Assembly (NCBI RefSeq): GCF_032113835.1
Contig: NZ_DAMCTG010000009.1
Coordinates: forward strand, 3,377 to 67,376
Reading direction: 5' to 3'
From: Achromobacter sp.
Lineage (GTDB): Bacteria; Pseudomonadota; Gammaproteobacteria; Burkholderiales; Burkholderiaceae_B
Length of the DNA: 64,000 nt
This document shows positions 1 to 10,010 of this stretch, in pieces; within the stretch, counting starts at the first letter, position 1, and the number at the start of each line of letters is the position of its first letter. Position numbers and translations under genes: made by a program. The notes beneath the pieces were generated by a model. The model searched no databases, had not been told where the DNA came from, and worked only from the letters and a program-made list of their open reading frames with translations.

Positions 1-253
1 GGCGCTGGAAGGCGGCAGTCATGAACGCGCACGCATGTGGAAAGCGCCTGGCATGGCAGTGGTAATGGGCGGCAGCCCCGACAAAAGCCGCAATGCTAGA
101 GCCGCCGAATGACGCATTCGTGACACGCCGGACGAACGCCGTTCGCCGTCGCCACGCAATCGTCACCTGCGCGATTTCGGGCGTCCCTATACTGGCGGGA
201 TCGCGCCGCTGCACGAATCACCCGGTAGCGCTGCGGCGGAAAAACCTCAAGGA

Positions 254-652
254 ATGCGTATGCGCAAGATGTGTTTCTACGCGGGGCGTGCGGGCCTGCT
301 GTGCCTGGCGGCGATGGCGTGGATGCCGCAGGCGGCGGCGCAGGCGAAGGCCGAAGGCGGCAATGGAACCGATGCTTCTTCGGCGGCTTCGGCGGCTTCG
401 GCCGGCAAACCCGCTGCGCCGAGCGGCGCGTGCATCGAGACCGAAGTGAATGGCTACCGGGCCTTGTCCTATGACTGCCTGAACCAGAAGATGGCGCCCA
501 CAACCGCGCCCAAGCCGCCCGCCGTGCTGGGGTCCGAAGCGATCACGCAGGGACCGCCAAATCAGATGGGCCTGTCCACGCCGGCCACCATCGGCAACCG
601 CATGGGCAATACGTTCGGCACATCGGCCTATCCGCAGCGCCCGGCCCCCTGA
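254..652 (+). CDS. Hypothetical secreted protein (signal peptide, Ala/Pro-rich)
   Basis: 132-aa ORF. The hydrophobic N-terminus LLCLAAMAWMPQAAAQA looks like a Sec signal with an AxA site. AAGGA lies just upstream of the second ATG (260), so the start may be 260. No family recognised. Confidence 0.45.
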   Translation: MRMRKMCFYAGRAGLLCLAAMAWMPQAAAQAKAEGGNGTDASSAASAASAGKPAAPSGACIETEVNGYRALSYDCLNQKMAPTTAPKPPAVLGSEAITQGPPNQMGLSTPATIGNRMGNTFGTSAYPQRPAP

Positions 653-659
653 TCTGGCT

Positions 660-1025
660 TCAGGCCATGCGGGTGATGAAGTAGATCTTCTTGACGAACT
701 GGTCCACTTCCCAGCGGCCCGTATAGCCTTCGGGCATGACGAAGGCCTCGCCAACCGTCAGCTCATGCACCGTGCCGTCCGGGTCCACGAGGCGCGCCGC
801 GCCTTCGACGATGTAGCCAAATTCGATGTAGCCGGTGGTGTTGGACTGGAAGGATCCCGCCGTGCTTTCCCACACGCCGGCTTCGGCCTTGCCCGCATTG
901 CCTTCAAAGGCGGTCACGGTGCGAAAGGCCGCATCGCCGGAAATCGGGCGGCGCGGCTTGCCAGGCACCGGATTCTTCATCGGGCCGGCATCGATGCGGA
1001 CGAGCCGCGATTGATCGTTCTTCAT
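660..1025 (-). CDS. Cupin-fold protein (DUF861/EutQ-like small cupin)
   Basis: The C-terminal beta-barrel pattern GYIEFGYIVEGAARLVDPDGTVHELTVGEAFVMPEGYTGRWEV is typical of single-domain cupins. I chose the internal start MKNDQ, which sits just after the stop of the upstream regulator gene. Confidence 0.7.
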   Translation of the reverse strand: MKNDQSRLVRIDAGPMKNPVPGKPRRPISGDAAFRTVTAFEGNAGKAEAGVWESTAGSFQSNTTGYIEFGYIVEGAARLVDPDGTVHELTVGEAFVMPEGYTGRWEVDQFVKKIYFITRMA

Positions 1026-1073
1026 GGTGGTTCCTGTGTCTTTCTTTAGCGTATCGATGCGCCGGCCGCGCAC

Positions 1074-1628
1074 TCAGTGCGCCGCCACCACCAGCACTTC
1101 GGCCATCGCCCGGCTGACAGTGCGCATGCGGTGCGGCAATTCGGAGTCGAAATAAACGGAGTCGCCGGTTTCCAGGCGGAACTGGCGTTCGCCCACGTGG
1201 ACCTCGATGGCGCCCTTGAGCACCAGCAGGAATTCCTCGCCCGGGTGGGGGAACACGGCCGCGGCGTCCGGAAACTCGCGCGGGGGATGGACCACGAAAG
1301 GTTCCATCGCCTTGACCTTGCGCCGCCCGGCCAGCGACTCGTAATGATATTCGCTGCCCAGCCCGCGGCGCTGCAGGGCCTCGCGGTCGGCAACCCGGAC
1401 CACGCTGACCACTTCATCCTGCGCCGCGTCGTCCGCGCCGACCAATTGCGACACGCCCACGCCATAGGCTTCGGCCAGGCGCAGCACCGTCGAGATCGAG
1501 GGCTCGCTCAAGCCCCGCTCCAGCTTCGAGAGGTAGCTCTTGGTCAATCCCGTGCGCTGCGCAAGCTGTTCCAGGGACAAGCTTTGCTGGCGGCGCAAGG
1601 TGCGAAGGCGGTGCGGCAGGTCGATCAT
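1074..1628 (-). CDS. XRE-family HTH transcriptional regulator with C-terminal cupin sensor domain
   Basis: N-terminal HTH LRRQQSLSLEQLAQRTGLTKSYLSKLERGLSEPSISTVLRLAEAYGV, followed by a cupin (EEFLLVLKGAIEVHVGERQFRLETGDSVYFDSELPHR). Start placed at MIDLPH. Confidence 0.85.
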   Translation of the reverse strand: MIDLPHRLRTLRRQQSLSLEQLAQRTGLTKSYLSKLERGLSEPSISTVLRLAEAYGVGVSQLVGADDAAQDEVVSVVRVADREALQRRGLGSEYHYESLAGRRKVKAMEPFVVHPPREFPDAAAVFPHPGEEFLLVLKGAIEVHVGERQFRLETGDSVYFDSELPHRMRTVSRAMAEVLVVAAH

Positions 1629-1706
1629 GGGGCGGAAAGGCGCAAATACAACCGGCAAGAATGCCCCAAAAGGGCGTCGCCGTCGAGCGTCCCCGCCCCG
1701 CCCGCG

Positions 1707-2492
1707 TCAGCTCAGGACATCGGCGTGCGTCCGCAACGCCCGGCGCGCGTAGTACGAAAACCCCACCTGCGACCGCTTCGGCGTCAGGATCCAGTCGTGG
1801 GCCTCGTGCCCCAGTTCGGGCGGAATCGGCTGGATCTTGCCGGCGGCCATGGCCAGCAACTGCATGCGCGCCGCGCGCTCGAACTGCAGCGCCAGCACGC
1901 AGGCCTCTTCCACCGTTCCGGCCGCGATCAGCATGCCGTGATGCGACAGCAGGATGGCGCGCTTGTCGCCCAGCGCCTTGGAAATGATCACGCCTTCCTC
2001 GTTGCCCACCGGCACGCCGGGCCAGTCCTTCAGGAACGCCACGTCGCCGTAAAGCGGACAGTTGTCCATGTGCGAGACCTCCAGCGGAACCTCCAGCATC
2101 GACAGCGACGCCACGTGCAGCGGGTGCGTGTGGATGATGCAATTCACGTCCGGCCGCGCGCGGTAGATCCAGGAATGGAAGCGGTTCGCCGGATTGGGCA
2201 TGCCGCCGCCTTCCTGCACCACCAGGTCCTCGTCGACCAGCAGCAGATTGCTTGCCGTGATCTCGTCAAAGCCCAGGCCCAGCCGCTGCGTGAAGTATCG
2301 GTTGGGTTCGGGCGCGCGCGCGGTGATCTGGCCCGCCAGGCCCGAATCATGCCCGCCGTCGAACAGGATGCGGCAGGTCAACGCCAGCCGCTCGCGCAAC
2401 GTCCATTGCGGGGTCTCGAACTGGCGCTGCATTTCCGCCTGCGCGCGCGCGATCAGTTCGTCTTTTCCCAAGTGCATCGTATCGGCCATCAT
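1707..2492 (-). CDS. Class II aldolase/adducin-family protein
   Basis: 261 aa. It has the family hallmarks GLAGQITAR, CIIHTHPLHVASLS (metal-binding His pair) and LLSHHGMLIAAGTVEEA. Confidence 0.9.
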   Translation of the reverse strand: MMADTMHLGKDELIARAQAEMQRQFETPQWTLRERLALTCRILFDGGHDSGLAGQITARAPEPNRYFTQRLGLGFDEITASNLLLVDEDLVVQEGGGMPNPANRFHSWIYRARPDVNCIIHTHPLHVASLSMLEVPLEVSHMDNCPLYGDVAFLKDWPGVPVGNEEGVIISKALGDKRAILLSHHGMLIAAGTVEEACVLALQFERAARMQLLAMAAGKIQPIPPELGHEAHDWILTPKRSQVGFSYYARRALRTHADVLS

Positions 2493-2499
2493 GTCTCCG

Positions 2500-3144
2500 T
2501 CATGCCGTTTCGATCAACGGCGTAAATCCCGGCAGGCCGCGCATGCGCGCCAGCCAGGCAGTGATGTGCGCAAAGCCGGACAGGTCATAACCGCCCTCGT
2601 CCGCCATGCTCGTGTAAGGGTACAGCGCGATATCCGCGATGGTCGGAACCGCGCCCACCAGGTAGTCGCGGCCCGCCAGGTGAGCGTCCATCAGCGCGGC
2701 GGCCTTCATGCCAGTGGCGCGCCACGCCACCATCTCCGGATCGTCTGCTTTTGCCGTCTGGCGCAGGTGGATCAAGAGGCGCGGCTGCGCGAAGGCGTGC
2801 ATGTGCTGGGTCTGCTCGAAGCTCAGCCAGCTCGACACCTGCGCCTGCGCCAGCCGGTCTTCGGGAAGCCAGGACGTCCCCTTGCCCAGATACCAGAGAA
2901 TGGCCTGCGACTCCGCCAGCCATTGCCCCTCCGGCGTCAACAACGCGGGCACCTGCCGCCAAGGATTGATGCTCGCGAAGGCATCGGTCTCCAGGTCACC
3001 CTGGACGATGTCGAACGTGCGCCGCTTGACCGGCAGGCCCATCAGCCCGCAGGCCAGCCGGATCTTCCAGGCGTTGCCCGATCGCAGCGTATCCGCCAGT
3101 TCCAGCGGCTTGCCCGCCAGCGGGTGAGTCACCTGAGTGTTCAT
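2500..3144 (-). CDS. Glutathione S-transferase family protein
   Basis: 214 aa with an N-terminal thioredoxin-like GST fold (SGNAWKIRLACGLMGLP ... VPALLTPEGQWLAESQAILWYL) and a helical C-domain. It lies 8 nt downstream of the aldolase gene. Confidence 0.8.
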   Translation of the reverse strand: MNTQVTHPLAGKPLELADTLRSGNAWKIRLACGLMGLPVKRRTFDIVQGDLETDAFASINPWRQVPALLTPEGQWLAESQAILWYLGKGTSWLPEDRLAQAQVSSWLSFEQTQHMHAFAQPRLLIHLRQTAKADDPEMVAWRATGMKAAALMDAHLAGRDYLVGAVPTIADIALYPYTSMADEGGYDLSGFAHITAWLARMRGLPGFTPLIETA

Positions 3145-3172
3145 GCGTGGCTCCTTGTCATGTGCGCGTTTG

Positions 3173-4135
3173 CTAATCCATTTTGATGTTGGCGCGCTTC
3201 ACGATCTCGGCCCACTTGGCCTTTTCACCGCCGATGAAGCGCTGGTACTCGTCGGGCGTGCCCGTGTAGAGCTGCGTGCCCTGCGCGGCCAGCTTTTCCT
3301 TCAGCTCGGGCGACGCGAGGGTCTTTTGCAGCGCCGCATTCAACGCGGCCATGACCTCGGGCGGCGTGCCCGCCGGCGCAAAGAAGGCATTCCACGAACT
3401 GATCTGCAGGCCCGCATCGCCCGCCTCGGTGCTGGCCGGCACGGCCGGCGCGGACGGCAATCGCTTGTCGGACGCGACCGCCAGCGCGCGCAATTTGCCC
3501 GACGTCACATGCGGCATGATGACCGGACTGGCGTCCATCACCACATCCACCTGCTCGCCGATCGCCGCATTCACGGCCTCGCTGCCGCTCTTGAACGGCA
3601 CGTGCACGATGTCAACGCCAGCAGTCAGCTTCAGCAGTTCCAACCCCAGATGCGGCGAACTGGCGTTGCCCGCCGAACCGAAGTTCAGCTTGGCCGGATT
3701 GGCCTTGGCATATTTGACGAACTCGGCGAATGACGCCGCGGGCACGCCCGCCCGCACGGCCAGCAGATACGGAGAACCGGACACCATGCCCACCGGCGCA
3801 AACTTGTCCGCGTCGTAGCTGAGCTTGGCGTAGATCAGCGGGTTCACAACCTGCGTGCCTACCGTCCCCATGAAGATCGTGTACCCATCGGCCGGCGCCG
3901 TGGCCGCCACCTGCGCCGCGATCACGCCGCCCGCGCCGGGCCGGTTCTCGATCACGATGCCCTGCCCCAGCACGTCACCCATTCCCTTGCCCACCTGCCG
4001 GGCGACGATATCCGTGATGCCGCCGGCGCCAAACGGCACCACCAACCGGATCGGCCGGTCAGGATATGCCGCCTGCGCGCCTCCTGACGTAGCTGCTGTT
4101 ATTGCCACCGCGGCCACCAAGCTCAAGACCTTCAT
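3173..4135 (-). CDS. Bug-family (TctC-like) tripartite tricarboxylate transporter substrate-binding protein
   Basis: Signal peptide followed by the canonical Bug start AYPDRPIRLVVPFGAGGITDIVAR. Length 320 aa. Confidence 0.9.
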   Translation of the reverse strand: MKVLSLVAAVAITAATSGGAQAAYPDRPIRLVVPFGAGGITDIVARQVGKGMGDVLGQGIVIENRPGAGGVIAAQVAATAPADGYTIFMGTVGTQVVNPLIYAKLSYDADKFAPVGMVSGSPYLLAVRAGVPAASFAEFVKYAKANPAKLNFGSAGNASSPHLGLELLKLTAGVDIVHVPFKSGSEAVNAAIGEQVDVVMDASPVIMPHVTSGKLRALAVASDKRLPSAPAVPASTEAGDAGLQISSWNAFFAPAGTPPEVMAALNAALQKTLASPELKEKLAAQGTQLYTGTPDEYQRFIGGEKAKWAEIVKRANIKMD

Positions 4136-4377
4136 GCCATTCCCCTTGTGCGCGCCGTCGCGGCGCTATGACACAAAGTGTCCTATAGAGCATTGATTTT
4201 CCGCAAGGGGAATTTGATTAGGGAAATCCTTGAGCAGCAGGAATAGGCATTGGTGAAGTCCACCATCATCGTGCTTGGCGGCCTGTCCACCTGCTCGCCT
4301 GGCGCCTGCACGCGGCGCATTGCCTTATTCTTAACCCCTATACGCAATCGCCACATCAGGACAAAAGAGAACTCCTC

Positions 4378-5211
4378 ATGCACATTCACCGGATCGCTGC
4401 ATTCACCAGCCAGGGTCAAGGCGGAAATCCCGCCGGCGTCGTTCTTGCGGATCAACTCCCTTCGCCCGAGGAAATGCAAAGGGTGGCAGCCGAGGTCGGC
4501 TATTCGGAAACGGTCTTCTCTTGTCCGAACGGCGATGGCTCGTGGCGCACCCGGTACTACTCACCTGAAGCCGAAGTCGCGTTTTGCGGGCATGCGACCA
4601 TCGCGCTAGGCGCGGTGCTGGGGCAAACCTTGGGGCCGGCCCGGTATCCCCTGGCCCTGGCGAACGCCCATATCGAAGTCTCGGCTGAAATCCAGGATGG
4701 CGAATGGGTAAGCGTGCTGCGCTCGCCGCCGACCCACAGCGCACACGCCAACCCCGGGCTATTAACCGAGGCGCTCGAACTCTTCGGCTACTCACCGAAC
4801 GACCTGGATCCCACGCTCGCGCCCAGCATGGCCAACGCGGGGATCGACCACTTGATTGTCCCGCTCGTTTCACGCGCCGCGCTGGCGCGCATGAACTACG
4901 ACCTCGACCAAGGACGGCGCTTCATGCAAGCCCATCGCATCGGAACCATCGCGTTCGTGTTCAGCGAGAGCGATACCGTCTTCCACGCGCGCAACGCGTT
5001 TGCCATTGGCGGCGTCCTGGAGGACCCCGCAACCGGCGCGGCCGCCGCGGCCTTTGCCGGAATGCTGCGCGACCTGGGCCGGAAAGCGCATGGCGAAATC
5101 GTCATCCTGCAAGGCGAAGACATGGGCATGCCCTGCCGAATTGAAGTGGAATTTACGAGCGAATTGGGATCCCCGGTGAATGTGCGCGGCAAGTCATCTG
5201 TAATCGGCTAG
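4378..5211 (+). CDS. PhzF-family isomerase (phenazine biosynthesis-like protein)
   Basis: 277 aa. It has FTSQGQGGNPAGVV near the N-terminus and a duplicated DapF-like fold pattern (EVAFCGHATIA ... EDPATGAAAAAF). Confidence 0.85.
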   Translation: MHIHRIAAFTSQGQGGNPAGVVLADQLPSPEEMQRVAAEVGYSETVFSCPNGDGSWRTRYYSPEAEVAFCGHATIALGAVLGQTLGPARYPLALANAHIEVSAEIQDGEWVSVLRSPPTHSAHANPGLLTEALELFGYSPNDLDPTLAPSMANAGIDHLIVPLVSRAALARMNYDLDQGRRFMQAHRIGTIAFVFSESDTVFHARNAFAIGGVLEDPATGAAAAAFAGMLRDLGRKAHGEIVILQGEDMGMPCRIEVEFTSELGSPVNVRGKSSVIG

Positions 5212-5269
5212 ACGCGCGGGCTGACTGGCGCGGGGCGGTGAGAATCCGCCACCGCGTTCATCACGATGT

Positions 5270-6514
5270 TCAAGAAGGCTCGGGGGAAACACGCCCATCC
5301 CGGGGCAAGAAAAACAGCACCAACAACGAGCATGCGCCGGCGCAAAGGAACGCGATATCGTACCTGCCGCTAATCGCCACCGTCGCCGCGAAAGCAGCCG
5401 GCGCCACGATATTCACCAAACTGACCAATATCGAGGCGCCTGCAGCAGTTTCCGAGATTTGGTGGGCAGGCGAGCGCCGGGCGACCTCCGCAATTTGCAC
5501 ACCGTTCCAACTTGCCGCGGAACAGCCAGCGACAAGGGCTAGAACCATGAGAGACCACAGCGGCCATTGCGGGGTGGTAAATCCCAAGAGGATCGTCGTG
5601 CCTGCAGAGAACAGGGCAGCAATCGACAAACTTCCAGTGGCCGAACCTAAGCGGTCCGACAGCCAACCCAACGCAATTCTGCCGACTACCCCTCCTACCT
5701 GCATCACGGCAAATATCGCACCCGCCAAGCTCAAGGAAAATCCCAGCCTGTCCACCAGGTAAACCACGGTGAATGCGAACCAGCAGCTTTGGGATACGGC
5801 AAACAGGCTGCCCACAATCGACATCTTCAACAAGCCGGCATTATTTCCTAGCGACGCCAACGGCACGCTGAGCATGCGTAACGAGTGCAGCGTAGGCACG
5901 ATGGATGTCCGCCGCCGCTTCGCCGAACCCCTCACATCCAGTATCTCGCTCAATCGCCAGGTCAGCGCGGTTGGCACCAACACAATCACCGCACACACAA
6001 TGAGGGCCAGCCGCCAACCGACAAGGGCGATCACTACGGGAATACACAGCCCCGCGATCATTCCTCCGAGTGGCACACCCGCCTGCTTGACCGAGAACAT
6101 GAGATTGCGCATCTCCGGCGGCGAGAATCTCTGCAGCACCTCACTTCCCGCCGGGTTCGCGGCCCCGTTGCTCATACCCATGGCAAAGCAAGCCACCAGG
6201 GCCACGGCCATGCTCGGATAATAGAAAAGCCCCATGCTTGCCGTTCCCACGACCAGCGCAAGCTGCAAGCTGCGCGTTCCGCCAATTTGCCGAAGCATGG
6301 ACGAGCCAACCACGAGAATCATCAAGCCGCCCAAAGCGTTGCTCGCAGTCAGGTAGCCGATGGAACTCCCGCTCCATCCGAACTCTTCGGACATCGCAGT
6401 AGCAACGATCGGGATGAGGCGTGAAAGAAACGCGGAGACAGTCTGTAGCGTGAAAATGGCTACTACAGGCACGACCCACGCGGTCGAGGTGATCTTCATG
6501 GCGGCGGAACCCAA
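5270..6514 (-). CDS. MFS transporter
   Basis: 414 aa with roughly 12 hydrophobic segments and a charged central loop (SAKRRRTSIVPTL). The start could be the internal MKIT 15 nt downstream. Confidence 0.85.
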   Translation of the reverse strand: MGSAAMKITSTAWVVPVVAIFTLQTVSAFLSRLIPIVATAMSEEFGWSGSSIGYLTASNALGGLMILVVGSSMLRQIGGTRSLQLALVVGTASMGLFYYPSMAVALVACFAMGMSNGAANPAGSEVLQRFSPPEMRNLMFSVKQAGVPLGGMIAGLCIPVVIALVGWRLALIVCAVIVLVPTALTWRLSEILDVRGSAKRRRTSIVPTLHSLRMLSVPLASLGNNAGLLKMSIVGSLFAVSQSCWFAFTVVYLVDRLGFSLSLAGAIFAVMQVGGVVGRIALGWLSDRLGSATGSLSIAALFSAGTTILLGFTTPQWPLWSLMVLALVAGCSAASWNGVQIAEVARRSPAHQISETAAGASILVSLVNIVAPAAFAATVAISGRYDIAFLCAGACSLLVLFFLPRDGRVSPEPS

Positions 6515-6804
6515 GATGGTGACGAGGGTGATCCCTCGTTAAGGCCAGGCGAAATGATACCTACTGTGCGGCGCCTGATTCATCCATGGGAACGGTATTG
6601 GGCCTGCCTTTGGTTTGAAGGCGCTAAAACCGCCCGGAACCGCTTGCCGGCAAACTGCTTCCATACTCCATATGAAGTATGCGTGTCCTTATGCCACGAT
6701 TTAGGATCCCGAGTGTATTGGCCGTGCCGCATCAATTCGCGGAACTGACAGGAGGCCTTCAGAACATCGTTAAGAAGCCTCTAGTGAACAGTGTGGAGAC
6801 TACG

Positions 6805-7566
6805 ATGAGCGACTATGGCACGAGGCTTCTATCGAAGGGCATGCAAGGCGCTGATGTCGAGGAGCTGCAAATACGTCTGGCGGGGTTTCGTGGGACTCTG
6901 CCAGACGGCGAATTTGGGCCTGGCACCGAATTGCAAGTCACCAAATTCCAAATCGACGTGATGGGCAAGGGAGCTGCCAGCGGCATCGCGGACAGCTCGA
7001 CTTTCAAAGCCATTGATGTGTTCGCGGATAAGTTCCCATTCGACTTTTCCCAATTGAAGTGCTCCTGCGGCAAGTGCGATGGATTCGGACAGGGCAAGTT
7101 CAGGGGAAAGTACCTGGGCAATCAAAAGACCGAGGCCTTCCACCTTTACGAATATCCAGGAATTCACCGCATGCTTCTTTGGGCCGTGCGAGCCGCTTAT
7201 TTCTACATGCCGGAGCATCGATTCAGCTTCAGTTCCGGCTATCGCTGTTCTGTCGACAATCAAAAACATCGTCGCAACACGACAAATCACTGCGGTAAGG
7301 CGGTTGATCTCGATGTCGCGCTTAAGCGCGGTGAAACCAAGCAAGATGACGCCTCAAAGTGTCGAGAAATTCGAGGAAGGCTGGTGGAACTGTCGAATGC
7401 CCAAATCGGATGGACAGCCAGGAATCGAAAGTCCCTGGAACCAGACAACATAGCTCCGACATGGGTTCATTACGACGTGCGATCCTATGACGAAAAATAT
7501 CTTGCCGATCAGTACTTCTGCAAGGACTTAGATGCGCTCAATGCACGTGTGCCGATCCTATTCTGA
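6805..7566 (+). CDS. Peptidoglycan-binding domain + peptidase M15A-type zinc D-Ala-D-Ala carboxypeptidase-like hydrolase
   Basis: N-terminal PG_binding_1-like repeat (GMQGADVEELQIRLAGFRGTLPDGEFGPGTELQVTKFQ). The M15 metal-site pattern is SSGYRCSVDNQKHRRNTTNHCGKAVDLD ... WVHYDV. Start at ATG 6805, preceded by GGAGAC. No signal peptide. Confidence 0.8.
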   Translation: MSDYGTRLLSKGMQGADVEELQIRLAGFRGTLPDGEFGPGTELQVTKFQIDVMGKGAASGIADSSTFKAIDVFADKFPFDFSQLKCSCGKCDGFGQGKFRGKYLGNQKTEAFHLYEYPGIHRMLLWAVRAAYFYMPEHRFSFSSGYRCSVDNQKHRRNTTNHCGKAVDLDVALKRGETKQDDASKCREIRGRLVELSNAQIGWTARNRKSLEPDNIAPTWVHYDVRSYDEKYLADQYFCKDLDALNARVPILF

Positions 7567-7621
7567 GGCTACCTAACTCATAGATCGACCGCCGAGAAGA
7601 CTTACGTGCAGGAAACCGACG

Positions 7622-8494
7622 ATGCTGAAGATCGCTTACAGCGCACGCAATACTGCGCTGTACCACCCGGAGCTGAGCGGTACCGTCTTGCAAAGCGCCA
7701 AGTGGCCCAGCGAGGTGGCGTTGGCCGCCGAGTTATCGCGCCTGGCGTACGTGCGCGCCGAGGAGCCCGCCCGGGACCAATTTGCACGTTTGGAAAGAGC
7801 GCTGGACAACGGCGGTTTTGCATCGCCCACTCTCCTGGTGAATACGACAGAGGATGCCTACGGCTACGCGACCATTAACGAAGATGGGTTCTGCATCTTG
7901 GCTTTTCGCGGCACCCAGGCCGACCACGTTGAGGACTTCCTGACGAATATCCAGGTTATGTCCACACACTGGCCAACGGCCGGAGAGGCGGGCAGCGTTC
8001 ATAAGGGATTTCGAGATAGCGCGGCCGGGTTGCTCCAGCAGACCAGCACCTGGCTGCGAGACGTCGCGACCCGACGCAAGCGTTTGCTGATATGCGGCCA
8101 TAGTCTGGGTGGCGCAATCGCCACTCTCCTTGCCATTCCCTTCAATGCCGATGCGCTGATCACCTTCGGCTGCCCACGTGTGGGAGATGACGACTTCGTT
8201 TACGCCCTCGAGTCACGCGCAAAGCTGCGGATGATTCGGGTAGTCGACTGTTGCGACGTTGTGCCGACGGTGCCTCCGCCTTACATGGGCTACCACCACG
8301 CAGGCGAGGCGCTGCATATCGATCACCAGGGCCAGATCCTTGATAGCCCAAGTTATTCAGAACTGCGGCTTGATCGTCGTGCCGGCCGCAGGGCCTACTC
8401 ATCGCTCTGGCTGAAAGATCCTGCAAGAAGCGTTCCTTTCCGTGAACTCGCTGACCATGCTCCCATCAACTACATCCGCGCCTTTTGGCGCTAG
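7622..8494 (+). CDS. Class-3 lipase (alpha/beta hydrolase, Lipase_3 family)
   Basis: Nucleophile elbow LLICGHSLGGAIATLLA, preceded by ILAFRGTQ. Downstream are FGCPRVGD and a C-terminal His (DHAPINY). No signal peptide. Confidence 0.8.
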   Translation: MLKIAYSARNTALYHPELSGTVLQSAKWPSEVALAAELSRLAYVRAEEPARDQFARLERALDNGGFASPTLLVNTTEDAYGYATINEDGFCILAFRGTQADHVEDFLTNIQVMSTHWPTAGEAGSVHKGFRDSAAGLLQQTSTWLRDVATRRKRLLICGHSLGGAIATLLAIPFNADALITFGCPRVGDDDFVYALESRAKLRMIRVVDCCDVVPTVPPPYMGYHHAGEALHIDHQGQILDSPSYSELRLDRRAGRRAYSSLWLKDPARSVPFRELADHAPINYIRAFWR

Positions 8495-8503
8495 GAAGAC
8501 ACG

Positions 8504-9985
8504 ATGTCTTACCTGATGGCTCGTCCGTTGATTGCCGACCAAGGAAAAATCAGGCTTTGGGTTGGCCTGTTCGACGTAGCAACGGTTCCAGATATCACCT
8601 TCAGCCTTGGTGGAAAAGACTGGCGACCGATAGATTCCGAGGGGTTGTTTCCCATTCGGGATGACACGAACCTGGCCGGGGCGCCTCGCAATTATCAAGG
8701 CGTCTACACGTTCGCTGCGGCGAACCACAATCAAGAGCATTACATTACCGTGGCCGCAGGCGGGACGGCCACCCCGTTTGAAATCCGGGTTAAATCCCTG
8801 CCGGCGAAGGTTTCATCGGAGCCACGGGATTCATTCAAGATCTTGCTGGCATCGTGTTATTGCGTCAGCACCGACAAGACCGACGTGGGCGACTTCGTAG
8901 ACCGGTTGAAAATCAAACCCGATATCGCTCTGTTCGCTGGCGACCAGGTCTATCTCGACCAGCCGCCGGCACAGACGATGCCATCGGCGCCCGATGCCCT
9001 GCGTGGCGAAATCTCCATCAAGTACCGGCGAAACTGGCTCTCCCGGTGGACGGGTCAAAGCGGTTTGCAGAAGGCCTTGGCCAAAGCACCTGCCATCTGC
9101 CTTCCAGACGATCATGAATACTGGAACAACTATCCCTGGGAGCAATTCTGGAAAAGAGGAACTCAGCATAAGCCGACGGCCACAGGGTGGAACGATTGGG
9201 ACGACGCCGCAGGGGAGCTTTTCCAGGATTACCAGCTAGGCGGAAAGCCGGGCGCACAGCAAGCCTGGACGACGTTGGATATTGACCCACTGTGTCTGCT
9301 ATTTATCGACACCCGCAGCCATCGTCTGCTTGACTTTGGCAGTCCGGTCGGGCTGATGCCGGCAGCGGCGAACCAGGCGCTGGTGGACTGGAAAGACAAG
9401 TTAATCGCTCATCAACGCAATGGCACTCCGCATATAGGCGTCCTCGCCACGGGCCAGAGCTTGCTGAGCGAGCCGTCGCGGTTTCCCAAACTAAAGGACG
9501 CAGAGCTTGCGAACTACGAGGAACATTACTCGATGATCCTCGGCGTGCTTGAGGAGCTTGCCGTGAACCGGATTCAGGTAGTGCTCCTGACGGGAGACGT
9601 GCATTGGAACCGCGTCGCCCAGGCCCACAGCAGGCGCACGTTCAGAACCTGCCTTACGGAAGTGATCTGTTCACCGAGCAGTCTCTGCGAAATTCCCGTG
9701 CTTGACCAATGGGCCAGCATCAAGAACAAGTTCAAGAAATTCTTCGGCGCCGACGAAACCTGGTTTCGCCATTTCGAGCCGAAGGCCTTCACACATCCCG
9801 TCGGCAAGGCCAGGCAGTTCTTACCCGATGGCGACCGCATGACTCGCTGGAAGGGCAATCACATCGCGATCATCGAGTTCATCAAACTCGGCGGTGGCGC
9901 AAAGATGAAAGTCACCTATCACCCCCTGACCTCGCCGCCCTCGCTCTCGGCTTCCACCGGTTTCTACAGCTTGCTCAATACCTGA
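8504..9985 (+). CDS. PhoD-like/calcineurin-like metallophosphoesterase-fold protein
   Basis: Metallophosphatase-type motifs appear in order: ILLASCYC, ALFAGDQVYLD, LPDDHEYWNNYP, VVLLTGDVHWNRVA. The gene starts 10 nt after the lipase stop, suggesting an operon. Confidence 0.6.
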   Translation: MSYLMARPLIADQGKIRLWVGLFDVATVPDITFSLGGKDWRPIDSEGLFPIRDDTNLAGAPRNYQGVYTFAAANHNQEHYITVAAGGTATPFEIRVKSLPAKVSSEPRDSFKILLASCYCVSTDKTDVGDFVDRLKIKPDIALFAGDQVYLDQPPAQTMPSAPDALRGEISIKYRRNWLSRWTGQSGLQKALAKAPAICLPDDHEYWNNYPWEQFWKRGTQHKPTATGWNDWDDAAGELFQDYQLGGKPGAQQAWTTLDIDPLCLLFIDTRSHRLLDFGSPVGLMPAAANQALVDWKDKLIAHQRNGTPHIGVLATGQSLLSEPSRFPKLKDAELANYEEHYSMILGVLEELAVNRIQVVLLTGDVHWNRVAQAHSRRTFRTCLTEVICSPSSLCEIPVLDQWASIKNKFKKFFGADETWFRHFEPKAFTHPVGKARQFLPDGDRMTRWKGNHIAIIEFIKLGGGAKMKVTYHPLTSPPSLSASTGFYSLLNT

Positions 9986-10010
9986 ACGGACTTCACTAGG
10001 AGATTGACAC

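Noticed and set aside
373-402. Short 9-bp tandem repeat (TTCGGCGGC x2, then TTCGGCCGGC) inside the 254-652 ORF
   Set aside because: It simply encodes an SAA/SAA/SAG low-complexity run in an Ala-rich secreted protein, and is too short to call a repeat feature.
1077-2525. 482-aa plus-strand ORF spanning the XRE regulator and aldolase genes
   Set aside because: This is a shadow ORF typical of high-GC DNA. Its translation is rich in Arg, Ala, Gly and His with no motifs, while the opposite strand encodes two proteins with clear family signatures.
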